Positions 50,900-62,846 of a stretch of 64,000 nucleotides of DNA are shown here, one piece after another. The stretch comes from Psilocybe cubensis (Eukaryota): the NCBI GenBank assembly GCA_017499595.2, contig CM039010.1:1488001-1552000 (forward strand). Direction: 5' to 3'. A program made the translations under genes and the position numbers. The notes under the pieces were generated by a model. It was not told the DNA's origin. It made no database searches and saw only the letters and a list, made by a program, of their open reading frames with translations. How positions within the stretch are numbered: position 1 is the stretch's first letter; each line of letters starts with the position of its first letter.

Positions 50900-53716
50900 T
50901 TAAACATTAGATTCTACATATAATCCATAAGGGTTGATCCACCGATACATAGTATCGTTTGATGGATCCGAGATGTCGATCGGATGCGTTGATTGTTTGT
51001 CCTTCGACGATTTGGGAGGGTCTACAACCATCCATCGATCCGACTCTGTGATTCGTTGTTCAGTACAAACATAGTAAAACTTTGGTGCTTGTGGAACGTA
51101 CCCATTTCACGGATTTTGTCAAACTCCGAGATATCACTGGAAATTTCATGATTGGATTAATAACGAATTATAGAGCACTGGAAAAAATTCGATGCTCACT
51201 CGTCTATCTTGAAGTACGGATGCACGAGGAGCTCTAGTATCCCAAAGCGTGTCTGTGGGCTGGGGTCCAGAAGCTGAAGACAACGATTAGAATGTGTGTG
51301 CATGGTTTCAGAAAAGAAAATGAGACTTGCCCCGCAAAGCAGACTAAGAGAATCTTCGTCAAGTCCCTGGTCCTTGAAGAATTTTTTCCTCTCCTCATGC
51401 TCGACGTAATCTTCATTCCACGTCAAAACATCACTGCTCTCCTCAAAACTCCGCAGAACCTACATTCAGGGAAGTCAGCCATCACACATCAAAACAAAGC
51501 CAAACCCAAACCAGAAAACCACTCACCCGCTCCTGCACCCCGACTATCTCCGCAAACACACACCCCAGCGCCCAGTAGTCTACGGGGTAGCTGTACCCAC
51601 CCGCGCATATCTTCTCAGGCGCCATGTACCCGCGCGTGCCTACCGCGCGCGTGGTGTATACAGAGTCTCTGTGCAGCGGCGCCAGCGCGGGCGTGCGGTG
51701 GCTCAGCCCGAAGTCGCCCAGCTTGACGATGCCGTTGGGCGAGAAGAGGATATTAGCGGGCTTGATATCGTTGTGGATTACCCCTATACTGTGGAGTGTG
51801 GCGAGCCCGGTAGCCTGTGGGTGAGGTGTGTGTCAGGGGTTGGTGATGGGGATGATGGCAAAAGGAGGAGAAAAACGTACGATTTGGGCGATGATGCGTC
51901 GGACGTCGTGACGCGGCAGCAGCGTACGCAGGTTGTCCAGTACATCGGCTAGGTCGGTGGCCATCAATGGCTGAAATGGCGAAAAGGAAGAAGAACGGTA
52001 AGTATCGATTTACACGGATATGTACAGTCTGAAAGCACTTGCACTTACCAACAGCAAGCAATGCTCCCCGTGGAATGTCGTCGTCGCAACCAACGACATA
52101 ATGAACTCGAAGCCGATTTTACCCTCCTTTGGTGCCTCCGCGATGCGCTTGTATACCTCGCATTCGCTCTTCAGCTGCGCGCGCGCCCGTAAACCATCCG
52201 CGAGCGGTACATCGCGCGTCTTGAAACGCTTGAGGACCCAGATGCTATCCTGCCTCAGCCCTATCTCCGACTCCATATCGACATCCGTCGCCTTGCTCGT
52301 TGCTGGCGGTGTGGCGTCGGATTCGGGGTCGGAGAGGGAGACGACGCGCACGGTCTCGATACGTGCGGTGCCGTTGCCTGCGCCGATTTTGCGCACCTGG
52401 CGCACGGCTATGCAGCGTCCTTGCAGCTGCGTGAAGCCGTGTAGCGGCAGCGGGGTCTGCGGTGCGTTTGATACAATGTGCGGGGGGAGAATGTTCTTGT
52501 ATCCAACGAGATGTGCGTTTAGGATGCGCACCAGATCCTCCGTCTCCGCGCACCCGCATTCTCTCACCTCGGATACCCGCCGCCGGTGTGTGTATTCTAC
52601 TGATAACACAGCAGGTTTCTCCGACGGTGAGGAATTCCTGAGAGACTTGGCGGTATCTGCCCTGCTGGGGCAGTAGCTGCCTTTCTCGTCGTCCGTGTTG
52701 ATGATATGATCAGGCGGTGACACAGATTCGGACCCACTGGTGCAAGATTGTGGAAGTGAGTCGCCGCCGTGTAAAGTTGCGCCGTCCAGCGCCTCGTCTG
52801 CAGTGGTGCGTACCCGCGCGTTGCCCATGCCATTGTTCTCCCAGTTGCTGGATAAATCGACATCGAGATTTGAGTCGACATCGATTTCCCCAGCTAAATA
52901 CTTGGGAGCTATGTGTGGGCTTGCGCGCGATGACGCGCGCTGGTGGATGTCGCTCGGGCGTGTACTGCGTTTGTAGTCGAAGCTGCCGCTGCTGTCTTTT
53001 TGACTTGTGTCGCTTGAAGACTTTGTCTTGTCGGCGCGTGGAGACTCGGGCCTGCTGAGTCGTGGCTGTCTGGTGCTTTTGCTTGTGGCTTTGCGTTTGA
53101 TTGCGCTAGTGTTTTCGCTTTTGCTGCGGCCTTTGGAATCGCACTTGGAGGTTTTGGCACCGGCACCGGCACTGGAAGGGAAGGCGTGCTGTTTTGGTGT
53201 CGGCGTCTCGTCTGGGTGGGCGGAATACAGCGTGCGGCCGCGGAGCTGTGTGTCGAGCGCGTGCTGGCGGGAGCAGACGCCCCATATGCTGCTCGCGTTG
53301 GAGGAGGAGGAGGAGGAAGAGGAAGAGGTGCACGCTGGGGCGCTTGGGCTGGGGACTGATCCTGAGCCCGATCGTGCGCTGGAGCTTGATTTTGATCTTG
53401 ATCGCGAGTTTGATCTTGAGCTCGAAGTACCTGTATGGTTTAGGTCTACTTTGAAATTCGGAGAGGTGGGGCTGTTGACCGTGAACAGAGGGTACGACTG
53501 GGCTGACGACGACGCCGACGCGGACGAGGATGACGAGGATGACGCGAACGACGCGAAAGACGCGAATGACACGAACGAGGAGGACGATAAATGTGTCAAC
53601 GTCTTCACCGCGGCATGTCTGTAGTGCAAGGACGGGGTCTTTCCCTCGCGTGCAAGTGGCCCCGGCTTGGGAATGGCACGGTGGGGCCAGTTGCTTTGAG
53701 TCGTCTGTTGTGGCAT
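50900..53716 (-). CDS. Ser/Thr protein kinase K5 (non-RD, HND), most divergent copy, 7 exons, one GC-AG intron
   Basis: IGAGNGTA, WVLKRF, IHNDIKPANIL, DFG, APE, DYWALG; ends [16 protein letters not shown]. Confidence 0.88.
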
Positions 53717-54623
53717 TACGATGAAGGTGGAATGTAGGTAAGAAACGCGTTTGCTTTGTCTATGTGTATGTGCCACTCGGCAAGGGATTCTGACAATGTG
53801 GGGTAGGGAGGATCAGGGGGTGGCCTGGGGGGATTTGGGTTATAAAGCGGTGTCGCTGGCGTAAGGGTTGTGTTTATGGTGTATGACTCGGCGTTACAGT
53901 TTGGGCCCTTGCCTGTGTAACGGTAACGTGTAAACAGTTGTTTGTGTTTGTGAGAGGATAGTACAATCTATTCAACTCACCTTGCCGATGTCAATGAGGT
54001 TGAAGCAAATGCCACAGCGTGCAGTGCGTGGTTGGTTTTGGTTTGGTTTTATGTTTTCAAGCGGTGATCGGTTTCGAGATTGGAAGTTTGTGGAAGAGAG
54101 GTGAATGGTTATTTTTATAACGGTGTTGAATTGCTTGAAATATTGGTTTATAGCACCCGCTCGCCCATCCGTCTGATGGTATGGCAAATCAGTGTCGTCT
54201 TTATTAGGCAGGTCAGGTCAGTTCAGGTCACAGCACGATTGGGTTTCGTGTGACATTGGAAGATCGAATTATGCGGACTGGAACTCATGGTTTTATCGCA
54301 AAGACGTTATTCGGTGCGCAGGTGGGTGGGTTGATGCGCGAGAGCAGCAACGATGGATAAGATTGATGATTCCGAAATGGATGCCGCGTGTACCTTTGGC
54401 AGTGTTAATGAGCCGTTAAACTTTTGAGCTCACCAGGTAGTAAAGGCGCTTTGCATGCTTTATATTTTGACCTTCAGCCTTTACTGTTTCATGGGAGTTC
54501 CGGTGCAAGTTCTTGCGAAGCTGAATCCTGGTTACTCTGTTTAAGCGGTAGGAAGCATGCACAATAAAAACAACGATGAATTGAAGGTAAGAAATTATAG
54601 GATCTATATTCTGTTGGGGCTCA

Positions 54624-55133
54624 TCAATTGCCTAGGTGGCCTGTAAGATGGGCCCTCGTTGTTTTGATAAAGGTAACTACTATGTTACACCCACCATTCT
54701 GTTGTTTAGATTGACCATCGGGTTTGTCTGCTACCTCATCACGACCGGTTTTCATAAAAGTCTCGTATCGGCTCTGCCAGTTGCAACGCTGGAAGTATGC
54801 GTTCATGAAAGCCACCTTCGAGTCGTGGTGCATACCCCGCGAATCGTGTACCAGTTCATCTATCATAAGAATCCGTTCGGCTTCTTCTTCCAAAGTATAA
54901 TTGGCTGGATTATTTCTTAGTCTTTTAAGTTTGCAGATCAAAAAAATTAGAGGAGGCTTACGATGGGTTTGAACGGAATCCTTGTCTTCGGGGCCGATAG
55001 CGAAGACGAGATTACTTTGCCCATCTGTGGTGTAGGCAGGTAATTGCTGATTAGGGTGAAGTAGTTGGCTGCTGCTAGTGGTTTTAGGCTGGGACCCTTT
55101 GTGCGCTGCCGTTTTCTTCTGAGAATTCTTCAT
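54624..55133 (-). CDS. Small partner protein S5, unknown family, ~150 aa spliced
   Basis: ATG 55133, predicted intron 54905-54961, core YTLEEEAERILMIDE..MHHDSKVAFMNAYFQRCNWQSRYETFMKTGRDEVAD. Confidence 0.75.
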   Translation of the reverse strand: MKNSQKKTAAHKGSQPKTTSSSQLLHPNQQLPAYTTDGQSNLVFAIGPEDKDSVQTHRKPPLIFLICKLKRLRNNPANYTLEEEAERILMIDELVHDSRGMHHDSKVAFMNAYFQRCNWQSRYETFMKTGRDEVADKPDGQSKQQNGGCNIVVTFIKTTRAHLTGHLGN

Positions 55134-55215
55134 GTAACCCAATTTTTAATTTGAGAAGATAAAGAGATTGTACAAAATAAAAAGACGTGGAGAGTTTTAT
55201 AGCTGTAGCCCGTAT

Positions 55216-56290
55216 GGCAATGCGGCAGTGCGGTCAGTGCATGTCAGTGCATACCGTGGTGGTGTCAGTGAAATTTCAGTGCATGTTACCAATAATTAAT
55301 GAATTGATCAGTACGTGTCAGTGCGCGAGCAGAATGTGTCAGTCTATTGCCGTTGGCCCAGGAGGGGGCACAGAAACTTCGAGAGAAGTGCAAGGGACGT
55401 GCACTGTAATGGGACGTGCGTGAATGCTGAGCGCTGAGCGCTGAAGCGCTGAAGACGTGCGCCAGTGGCTTCATGGGCGTGCGTGGTGAGGGTTCGAACC
55501 GTGTTCTAGAGGGAAGTCGCCGTGATGGAGCGTGTGAATAATTAACTTCAACAAATTTTGTCATCTCTCTTGGACTCTTCGCTCTATATTGGACGAGACT
55601 TGCACCACTAAGGTTTAAAAAGTAGTTTCCGATCAAAATTGTAATGTAAATTGTCAAATAATAGTACATTTGAGCACAGCTAAAGTTGATTGAGGGTTTA
55701 AGGTTTAGAACCCGGCACCTCAAGTCCCCATTGCATTTTATTTAGCTCCCAGTAGCGTGAATAAGAAAGATATGATGGTCAGAACTCAGTGCAGGTTTAC
55801 TAGTGTCAGTGCACTTACTTTTTGTATTCAGTGCAAAGACATCCTTTATATGCCACCGAGCGCGAGGTTTTTACTAACTACACGCGAAATAAGAGACAGT
55901 TCTTCCAGTTTTTTCACGGAGTTTTTCCACGGAAACAATCAGAGACATGAGAAATCTATACCATTTGTCCATACTATTTACAGTATCTTTTGACATTACA
56001 CAACAGATACCTTAGGCGTAAATGCCCAAAGCTTTCTTTTTATTCTACTAATCGCACAACCGCACAATGATACAAAAACACACCCTGTTACGATGTGCGA
56101 CAACCTTAATGACTTCGTCACAATTTTGTTGCAATGTAAAATTTTGTCCAAACACATTTTCGTGTATCCACAATGTATTTCAGCGCACAGTGATGTCAGT
56201 GCAGTCAGTGCATATACATTATATGTCTGTGCGTTGCAGGTAATGAGCTACACTGATGTGCACTGACATGCACTGACATTTCTTGTTGCC
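55216..56290. mobile_element. Probable non-autonomous TIR element with TCAGTGCA subterminal repeats, just upstream of S5
   Basis: GGCAA..GTCAGTGCATGTCAGTGCA at left and TGCACTGACATGCACTGAC..TTGCC at right. The segment is absent from the paralogous positions of units 4 and 6. No clear TSD. Confidence 0.6.
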
Positions 56291-56765
56291 CAAAAATAAA
56301 ATTTCCCGTCCCATTGGTGGCCTTGGTGGACTCGTTATGTCTCATCAAGGCCATCCTCAATCTTTGAACTGAATTAAAAAATCTGGAATGAGCCATCAGA
56401 CTCTTGGATACAGGTTTGGCCAATGTACATACGTAAGAGCAAAGATTGAATTGTAAATTCGACCTTTGGTCGGAATAAGCCTGCTTGGAAAATCAACTTG
56501 AAGTCGAAATAGTAGATTCAATTTCGTAAACGCTTCAGCTTCGAAAACCCTAAAAAAAATTGGTTTGCCCTTGGATCTAACCCTTCTTATGCATTTTAAA
56601 ATCCTTCTTTCAATTTGAAAGCTGAGCACTAAATGTTATCGCTTGTCCATGGTCCCTATAAACACATTGTGATGGCGTTTAATGTACATAAATTTTGGTT
56701 TATCATACAAGAAAATAATACAATAGAAATTCCGAGTCGTTACGCGTCTAATGCAGACATAAAAA

Positions 56766-59368
56766 TTAGCAATGAGACACATATGGACCGTAGGGATTGA
56801 TCCAACGATACATTGTATCGTTGGTTGGATCCGATGTTTCGATCGGATATGTCGGCGTCGACTTGTCGTCGGGATTTGAGGTGTCGACGACAAGGAACCT
56901 TTCTGGCTCTGTGTAATAGTTTAGTATAAAAATGTTGTCAATATTATACGTGGAACGTACCTGTTTGGCCGATCTTGTCGAACTCGGAGAATTCCCTGAG
57001 GAGGGAAGAATGTCAGGTTGAATGTAAACTGGTGACAAAGGATTGAAACTTACTCGTCGATCTTAAAGTATGGATGAGCAATAAGCTCCAATATCCCAAA
57101 ACGTGTCTGGGGATTTGGGTCTAGCAGCTGAAGACAGTGATCAGCACATAGGCGCGCGGTTTCGCAAAAAACAAAATATTACCCCACAAACAAGATCAAG
57201 AGAGTCTTCATCGAGCTCCTGTTCCTCGAAAAAGTTTCTCCTCTCCTCAACGTCGCCATAATCCTCCTCCCACGTCAAAATGTCCCTGAACTCCTCAAAA
57301 CTCCTCAACACCTACACAGACAGGGGGGTCAGCCACATCAAAACAAAGCCAAATCCCAACAAAACCACACTCACTCGATCCTCCATGCCCACCATCTCCG
57401 CGAATACACACCCTAGCGCCCAGTAATCCACAGGGTAACTGTACCCACCCACGCGGACCTTCTCGGGCGCCATGTACCCGCGCGTGCCCACTGCGCGTGA
57501 GGCGTACACCGTGTCTCGGTGCAGCGGCGCCATTGTAGGTGTTCGGTGGCTCAGCCCGAAGTCGCCGAGCTTGACGGTGCCGGAGGGGGTGAAGAGAATG
57601 TTTGCGGGCTTCAAATCACTGTGGATGACGCCGATGCTATGCAGGGTGGCCAGCCCTGTTGCCTGTGGGTTAAATGTGTGGTGAGTAAAGGATTGATCTT
57701 GGAAATGATGGAAAAGAGGAGGTGAAAACGTACAATTTGTGCAATTATGCGACGGGTATCGCGACGAGCCAATATCGTCTGTCTGCTATAGAGAACGTCC
57801 GCCAGATCTGTGGCCATCAGAGGCTAGATACAAAGAAAAATAGTAAGTGAGCTACCCGCGTCTTGATCATCGATTGTGCTTACCAATAGGAGACAGTGCT
57901 CCCCGCGGAAGGTCATCGTTGCCACCAATTCCATAACGAATTCAAACCCGACCTTTCCCTCCCTCGGCGCCTCCGCGATGCGCCTATACACCTCGCATTC
58001 GTTCTTTAGTTGCGAGCGCGCTCGTAGGCCGTCCGCAAAGGGCACGTCACGGGTTTTGAAGCGCTTCAGCGCCCAAATGGTGTCGTTTTCCAGACCTATT
58101 GCAGATCTGGACGCGGAAATGGATACAGAGCGCACGGTCTCAATGCGCGCAGTACCGTTTCCAGACCCGATGTCGCGCACCTTGCGCACGGCGATGCTTT
58201 GTCCTTTGAGCATGGTGAAGCCATTCAGCGGCTTTGGCGACTCCGCTGCATGCGACACAACATGCGGGGGCAGGACACTCCCATACCCAGCGAGATGGGC
58301 GTCGAGCAGGCTTATCAATTCGTCCCTCTTCTCCTCACACCTGCGATGAAACCTCTTCGTCTCAGAGGAGCTTCTCTTTGCGCCTTGAGTGTGGATGGTC
58401 TGGTCCGGACGAGACTCAGAGCTGGTACCCGAGCCGCAGGCGCTGTCGTTGGGGAAAGTCGGTAGCAACTCCTTGCTACCGTAGAAATTTTTACCATCCA
58501 GCGCCTCGTCTGCGGCGGAGTATGCCCGTACATTGCTGTTGCTGTTGCTGCTATCTCCATTTCTGGAGGAATCTATTTCAAAGTCCAAAGTTAAATCTAG
58601 GTGTAAAGCTTGTGGAAAGGCGCGGGTGCTGGTACGCGATGATGCGTGCTGGCGGATGCTGCTGTTAACGTTTTGGCTTGCGTCGCGTGTTGGCTTGGTC
58701 TTGTCGGCGCTCGATGACTCAGACCTGCTGAGTCGTGGCTGTCTGGTGCACTTGCTGTGGCTTTTTCTGTTACTGCTGCTGCTTCTTTTGCTGTGGCTCT
58801 GGTCTATGGAAACAACCTTGGAGGACACGCCACCGACACTGGAAGGGAAGGTGGGCTGCTTCGGTGTCAGTGTCTCCTCAGGCTCGTCGGTATATAGCGT
58901 GCGTCCACGGAGCTGTGTGTCGAGTGCGCGCTGGCGGGAGCACACACCCCAGATGCTGCTGGTGTGTGAAGAAGAGGAAGAGGTGGAGCACGCTGGAGCA
59001 CTTGAGCTGGGTCCTGAGCCCGAGCCTAATGCACTGCTGGAGCCTGATCCCGAGCCAAAGGTGTTTGTCTGGTTAAGATCTAGTCCGAAATTAGGGGATG
59101 TGGGGCTGTTGATTGTCAATAGAGAGTATGTTTTTGACGACGACGAGGTTGATGCCACCGCCAACGATGAAGATGACGATAACGACGCGATCGCGGACGC
59201 GAACGAGGATGCGAAAAAGGACGGTGTCGCGGACGTCGACAATACCTGCGCTAGCGTCTGCTTCCCTGGGTACCTGTGGTGCAACGAGGCCCGGGTCTTT
59301 CGTGCGAGTGGCCCTGGCTGTGGCATGGCGCGAGGAGGCCTGTGGCATTGATCGGTCTGCTGTGGCAT
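56766..59368 (-). CDS. Ser/Thr protein kinase K6 (non-RD, HSD), 7 exons
   Basis: [37 protein letters not shown]; ends [15 protein letters not shown]. Confidence 0.9.
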
Positions 59369-60304
59369 TGCGATGAGGGTGGATATGTAGGTAATAAAAA
59401 CGCGTCTGGTCGGGTGTTTTCTGTCTCGTGAGCGTGTAAGCGCCACTCGGCAAGATGGTTATGACAATGCGGTAGGGAGGGGGTCAGTAGAGAAAGAGGA
59501 AGAGGAAGGGTGAATTAGCGCGTTTGTCGCTGCGCGGTGGGTGGTGATCGCGAAAAGGTTTATCGATCGCTGGTGTAGGTATATGCCACAGCGCTTGGGC
59601 CTTTGGTATGGCAGTACCGTGTGTAAGCCGCTGTTTTTGGGAAGGAGAAAGCTATCTCTGATCTTATCAGTCTACCTCTTGGTGCTGGTGTCGACGCTGT
59701 GCCACAGCACGGTGTTCGGGGTATGGATTGTCTTTTATCTCAAAGGGGGATGCTTTTTCTGCGCTATACAAGTGGATGGTAATGATTATGGAGATGTTGG
59801 GTCACTTGAAATAATATTTTATTGCATCCGTTCGTCCAATCATCCACAGATGTCTCTATTAGGCAGGTAAGGTCTTTACCTTTGGCTTCGTTTGATTTCG
59901 AAAGCTGTAAAAATCACTGAAGCTTATGGTAAAGACACCATTCTCTGCGCTGTTTGGTGGTCCAATCCCCTGGAACTTCGATGGGCAAGATCGGTTAATT
60001 AATGGCAGTATGTACCTTTGACATCCAATGTGAATGAGCTGTCAGAATTGGCCAGTTTGTTCGTTGTAAAACCAGCTATTCTTACTTGATTAGCTTGACT
60101 TTCAATGTTCAATGCTTACTGTTTCATGGGATTTCTGGAGCTTCTTACCCTGGTTACATTGTCGAATATTCTGTTTGAGTTTATCACTTATCTAGATGGT
60201 TTGTAACATAATCGCTTCACCGTTGCTGTTTTTATGGCAGGACATTGCTATTGATTCAAAAGGGATGCAAAGAGGCTAAGTAGATCACTGCGTCCACCAG
60301 CATG

Positions 60305-60733
60305 CTATTTGGCTGGACATTCGGAGTTGTCTGCTACTTCCTCACAACCGCTTTTCATGAAGATTTCGTACCGACTTTGCCACTTGCTTTGCTGGAAAAA
60401 TTCGTTCATTAAAGCGACCTTGGTGTTGTGATCCATATCCCCCGAATCATGGATCTGTTCATCTAGCAAAAGAATACGTTCAGCTTCTTCATCCAACGAG
60501 TATGAAGCTAAATAGTCTTGTGAATCTTTTGATTTAATCAAACTTGGGTAGGGCGTACGATGGTTTTGGGTAGATTCCTTGTATTTGGAGTCAATGACGG
60601 TTCCGGGATTACTTTGGCCATTCGAGGTGTTGGTAGCTGGTTGTTTATCATTTTCGCCAACTGGTGGACTACCTGCAGAGTTTTTAGACTGTGCGCCTTT
60701 GCGGGCAGCTGCTTTCTTCTGAGAGTGTTTCAT
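60305..60733 (-). CDS. Small partner protein S6, unknown family, ~125 aa spliced
   Basis: ATG 60733, predicted intron 60508-60558, core YSLDEEAERILLLDE..MDHNTKVALMNEFFQQSKWQSRYEIFMKSGCEEVAD. Confidence 0.78.
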   Translation of the reverse strand: MKHSQKKAAARKGAQSKNSAGSPPVGENDKQPATNTSNGQSNPGTVIDSKYKESTQNHRTPYPSLIKSKDSQDYLASYSLDEEAERILLLDEQIHDSGDMDHNTKVALMNEFFQQSKWQSRYEIFMKSGCEEVADNSECPAK

Positions 60734-61432
60734 CTGAAGGCGAGTTTTAGGCTTTCGAGGGGATAAGATGATTGCAGAATTAAACAGTTGAGGGGCGTTC
60801 TTATATGTACAGCTAGAACAGTGGCCCGTTTATTTGAAAGTAGGTTGAAGTGCCTGGATATGGAGGCCCGTTCATTGTCATTGGTGGCTAGGGTGGTATC
60901 TTTGTCATCCCGACTCAATCTTCGAATCAAGGCACACAATAATGAAATGGCTGTTAGTTGAAATACTAACGACTACTTTTGCGCGATATTTGGGCCAACA
61001 ATGCTATATACCTACTATTTACTAAGGTATGGATCTGTCGTTCAACCAGCTTCGACCTTCCATTGGAGTAAGGCACCTTGTAAAAAGAGGCCAATCAAAA
61101 AGTTCGGTTTTATAGGCTTCAGGATTCTGAAGAAAAATTACTTTTCTCCAGTTCTCTAGTCTTGAGTATTTTCCAGGTTTCAAGGCTGAGTTCTGAGCAT
61201 CATCCCGTGCGACCTGTCTTTGAAGTTTGACCGTGGGACAGCGGCAAGCCCCTTTTACATGTGTCGGCGCGTCAAGAGTAACGTGACCACTTATTCGTGT
61301 AACGTGTCACCCCAAGCCTTTGTCGCTACGTTTCCCCAACCCTACAATTTACCAGCTTACACCCATATCCTCCTCTCAACAACTTGAACGAACAGAGAGA
61401 AAACTTGAGGGTCAAGGGTACATCTGCTCACT

Positions 61433-62276
61433 ATGTTCACCGAAGAACTCAAAGCGTTCAAACGACTGGGTTTCCGACATGTATGTCGTTGTCAAGTGTC
61501 TATCTCACACATCTAGTTTTATTCATAATCTTCTTGTTTTCGGTATAGGTTCTTCTACAAATTCTTAACTTTGCGTCTGTTATTGCCTCGGGACTCATGA
61601 TATGGAAAGGACTTGGGATTATCACCAATTCTGAATCACCGATCGTAGTTGTCTTGAGGTACGTCTGCAAAACATATATTTCGCCTCGAGCCGGAGCAAG
61701 GAACACATCGCTAACCGTAATCGACTGACTTTAGTGGATCAATGGAACCAGCCTTCTATCGCGGAGATTTGCTTTTCCTCACGAATCCTCCAAATGAGCG
61801 CTATCAAACCGGTGACATCACAGTGTACAAGATCCCTGGCGCCGATATCCCAATTGTCCATCGTGTGCTAGAGACGCACGATGTCTCACCGAAGACCAAG
61901 AAGTCGAAGAAAGCTGCTGCAGAAACGACGATATCTGTCCCAACCCTCCCTCACCAACGACTACTAACCAAGGGTGACAACAATTATGTCGACGATATTG
62001 AGTTGTACCAGGGATTGGAATGGCTGGAACGAAAGCACATTGTGGGCAAGGTTCGAGGGTGAGTTATATTCATTGCGTGTATCTGTGCATCTTTTGACTG
62101 CATTACTTCTGAAGGTTCCTCCCATATGTTGGTTACGTTACAATCGCTATGGTTCGTCTGTTGACAATTGTTCTTCCATGCTGTGATTTTAACTTTCATC
62201 ATAGAACGATTTCCCGCAGCTGAAATACGCGTTGCTCGGCGGTCTGGGTCTTTTAGCACTAATACAACGGGAATAG
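61433..62276 (+). CDS. SEC11: Signal peptidase complex catalytic subunit Sec11
   Basis: [53 protein letters not shown]; ends LIQRE*. Confidence 0.95.
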
Positions 62277-62846
62277 ACGCATTCTGTTAAAAGCATTATC
62301 CCACTGGCCCCGAAAGGATCACATTAATGCAATACATACCCGCCTGTACTATTACTCATAATTTAACAGATATTTGTGCTGCCGGATTCAATTAATTTCT
62401 GTTCGATGGCCTCTCAAGCACGTTTTCAGGTTTTTGATCCATTATTTTTCGACAACCGTGGAACTCGTAAAGCCGGGGATCTCGAAATGCCGTCAATTGC
62501 GCGTCTGACGTTATCATGGTCCACATTCTTGCAGAGGACAAAAACGAAGTGTGGCATCACTTCAAGTTTGTCTGAGGACAGTCTCAGTTGTCGATGTTAT
62601 CTGAAAAACTGCTATAAATCAACTGCAGTCCAAGATCCGGCGTCGAATCTTTTTCCTGGCTCTAATCGACTTCAATTGTCAAGTAATCGACGTTCAACAT
62701 TTGGTTTGCCAAAGCATTCAGCATCGGGTATTCCTGTCAATTTGATGCCTTCTGATTGTATATTATTGAACGCTAATAATGATACATGATGTACAGCTTA
62801 CACAAGTTGCTAGGATTCATCATTCGGACAACATACTGTAAATAAC

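Larger units (their letters stand above)
31080..60950 (-). repeat. Tandem array of six kinase + small-gene cassettes
   Basis: Units start at about 31080, 34100, 38620, 43690, 50850 and 56700. Coding, intron, UTR and spacer sequences are colinear between units. Confidence 0.92.

Noticed and set aside
55466-55500. Box-B-like GGTTCGAACC with an upstream box-A-like word
   Set aside because: Spacing is too short and no cloverleaf can be folded; not a tRNA.
35621-59351. Long plus-strand ORFs overlapping the kinase genes (e.g. 52020-52676, 58533-59351)
   Set aside because: Antisense shadows of Ser-rich, GC-rich coding sequence; their boundaries are not conserved between units.
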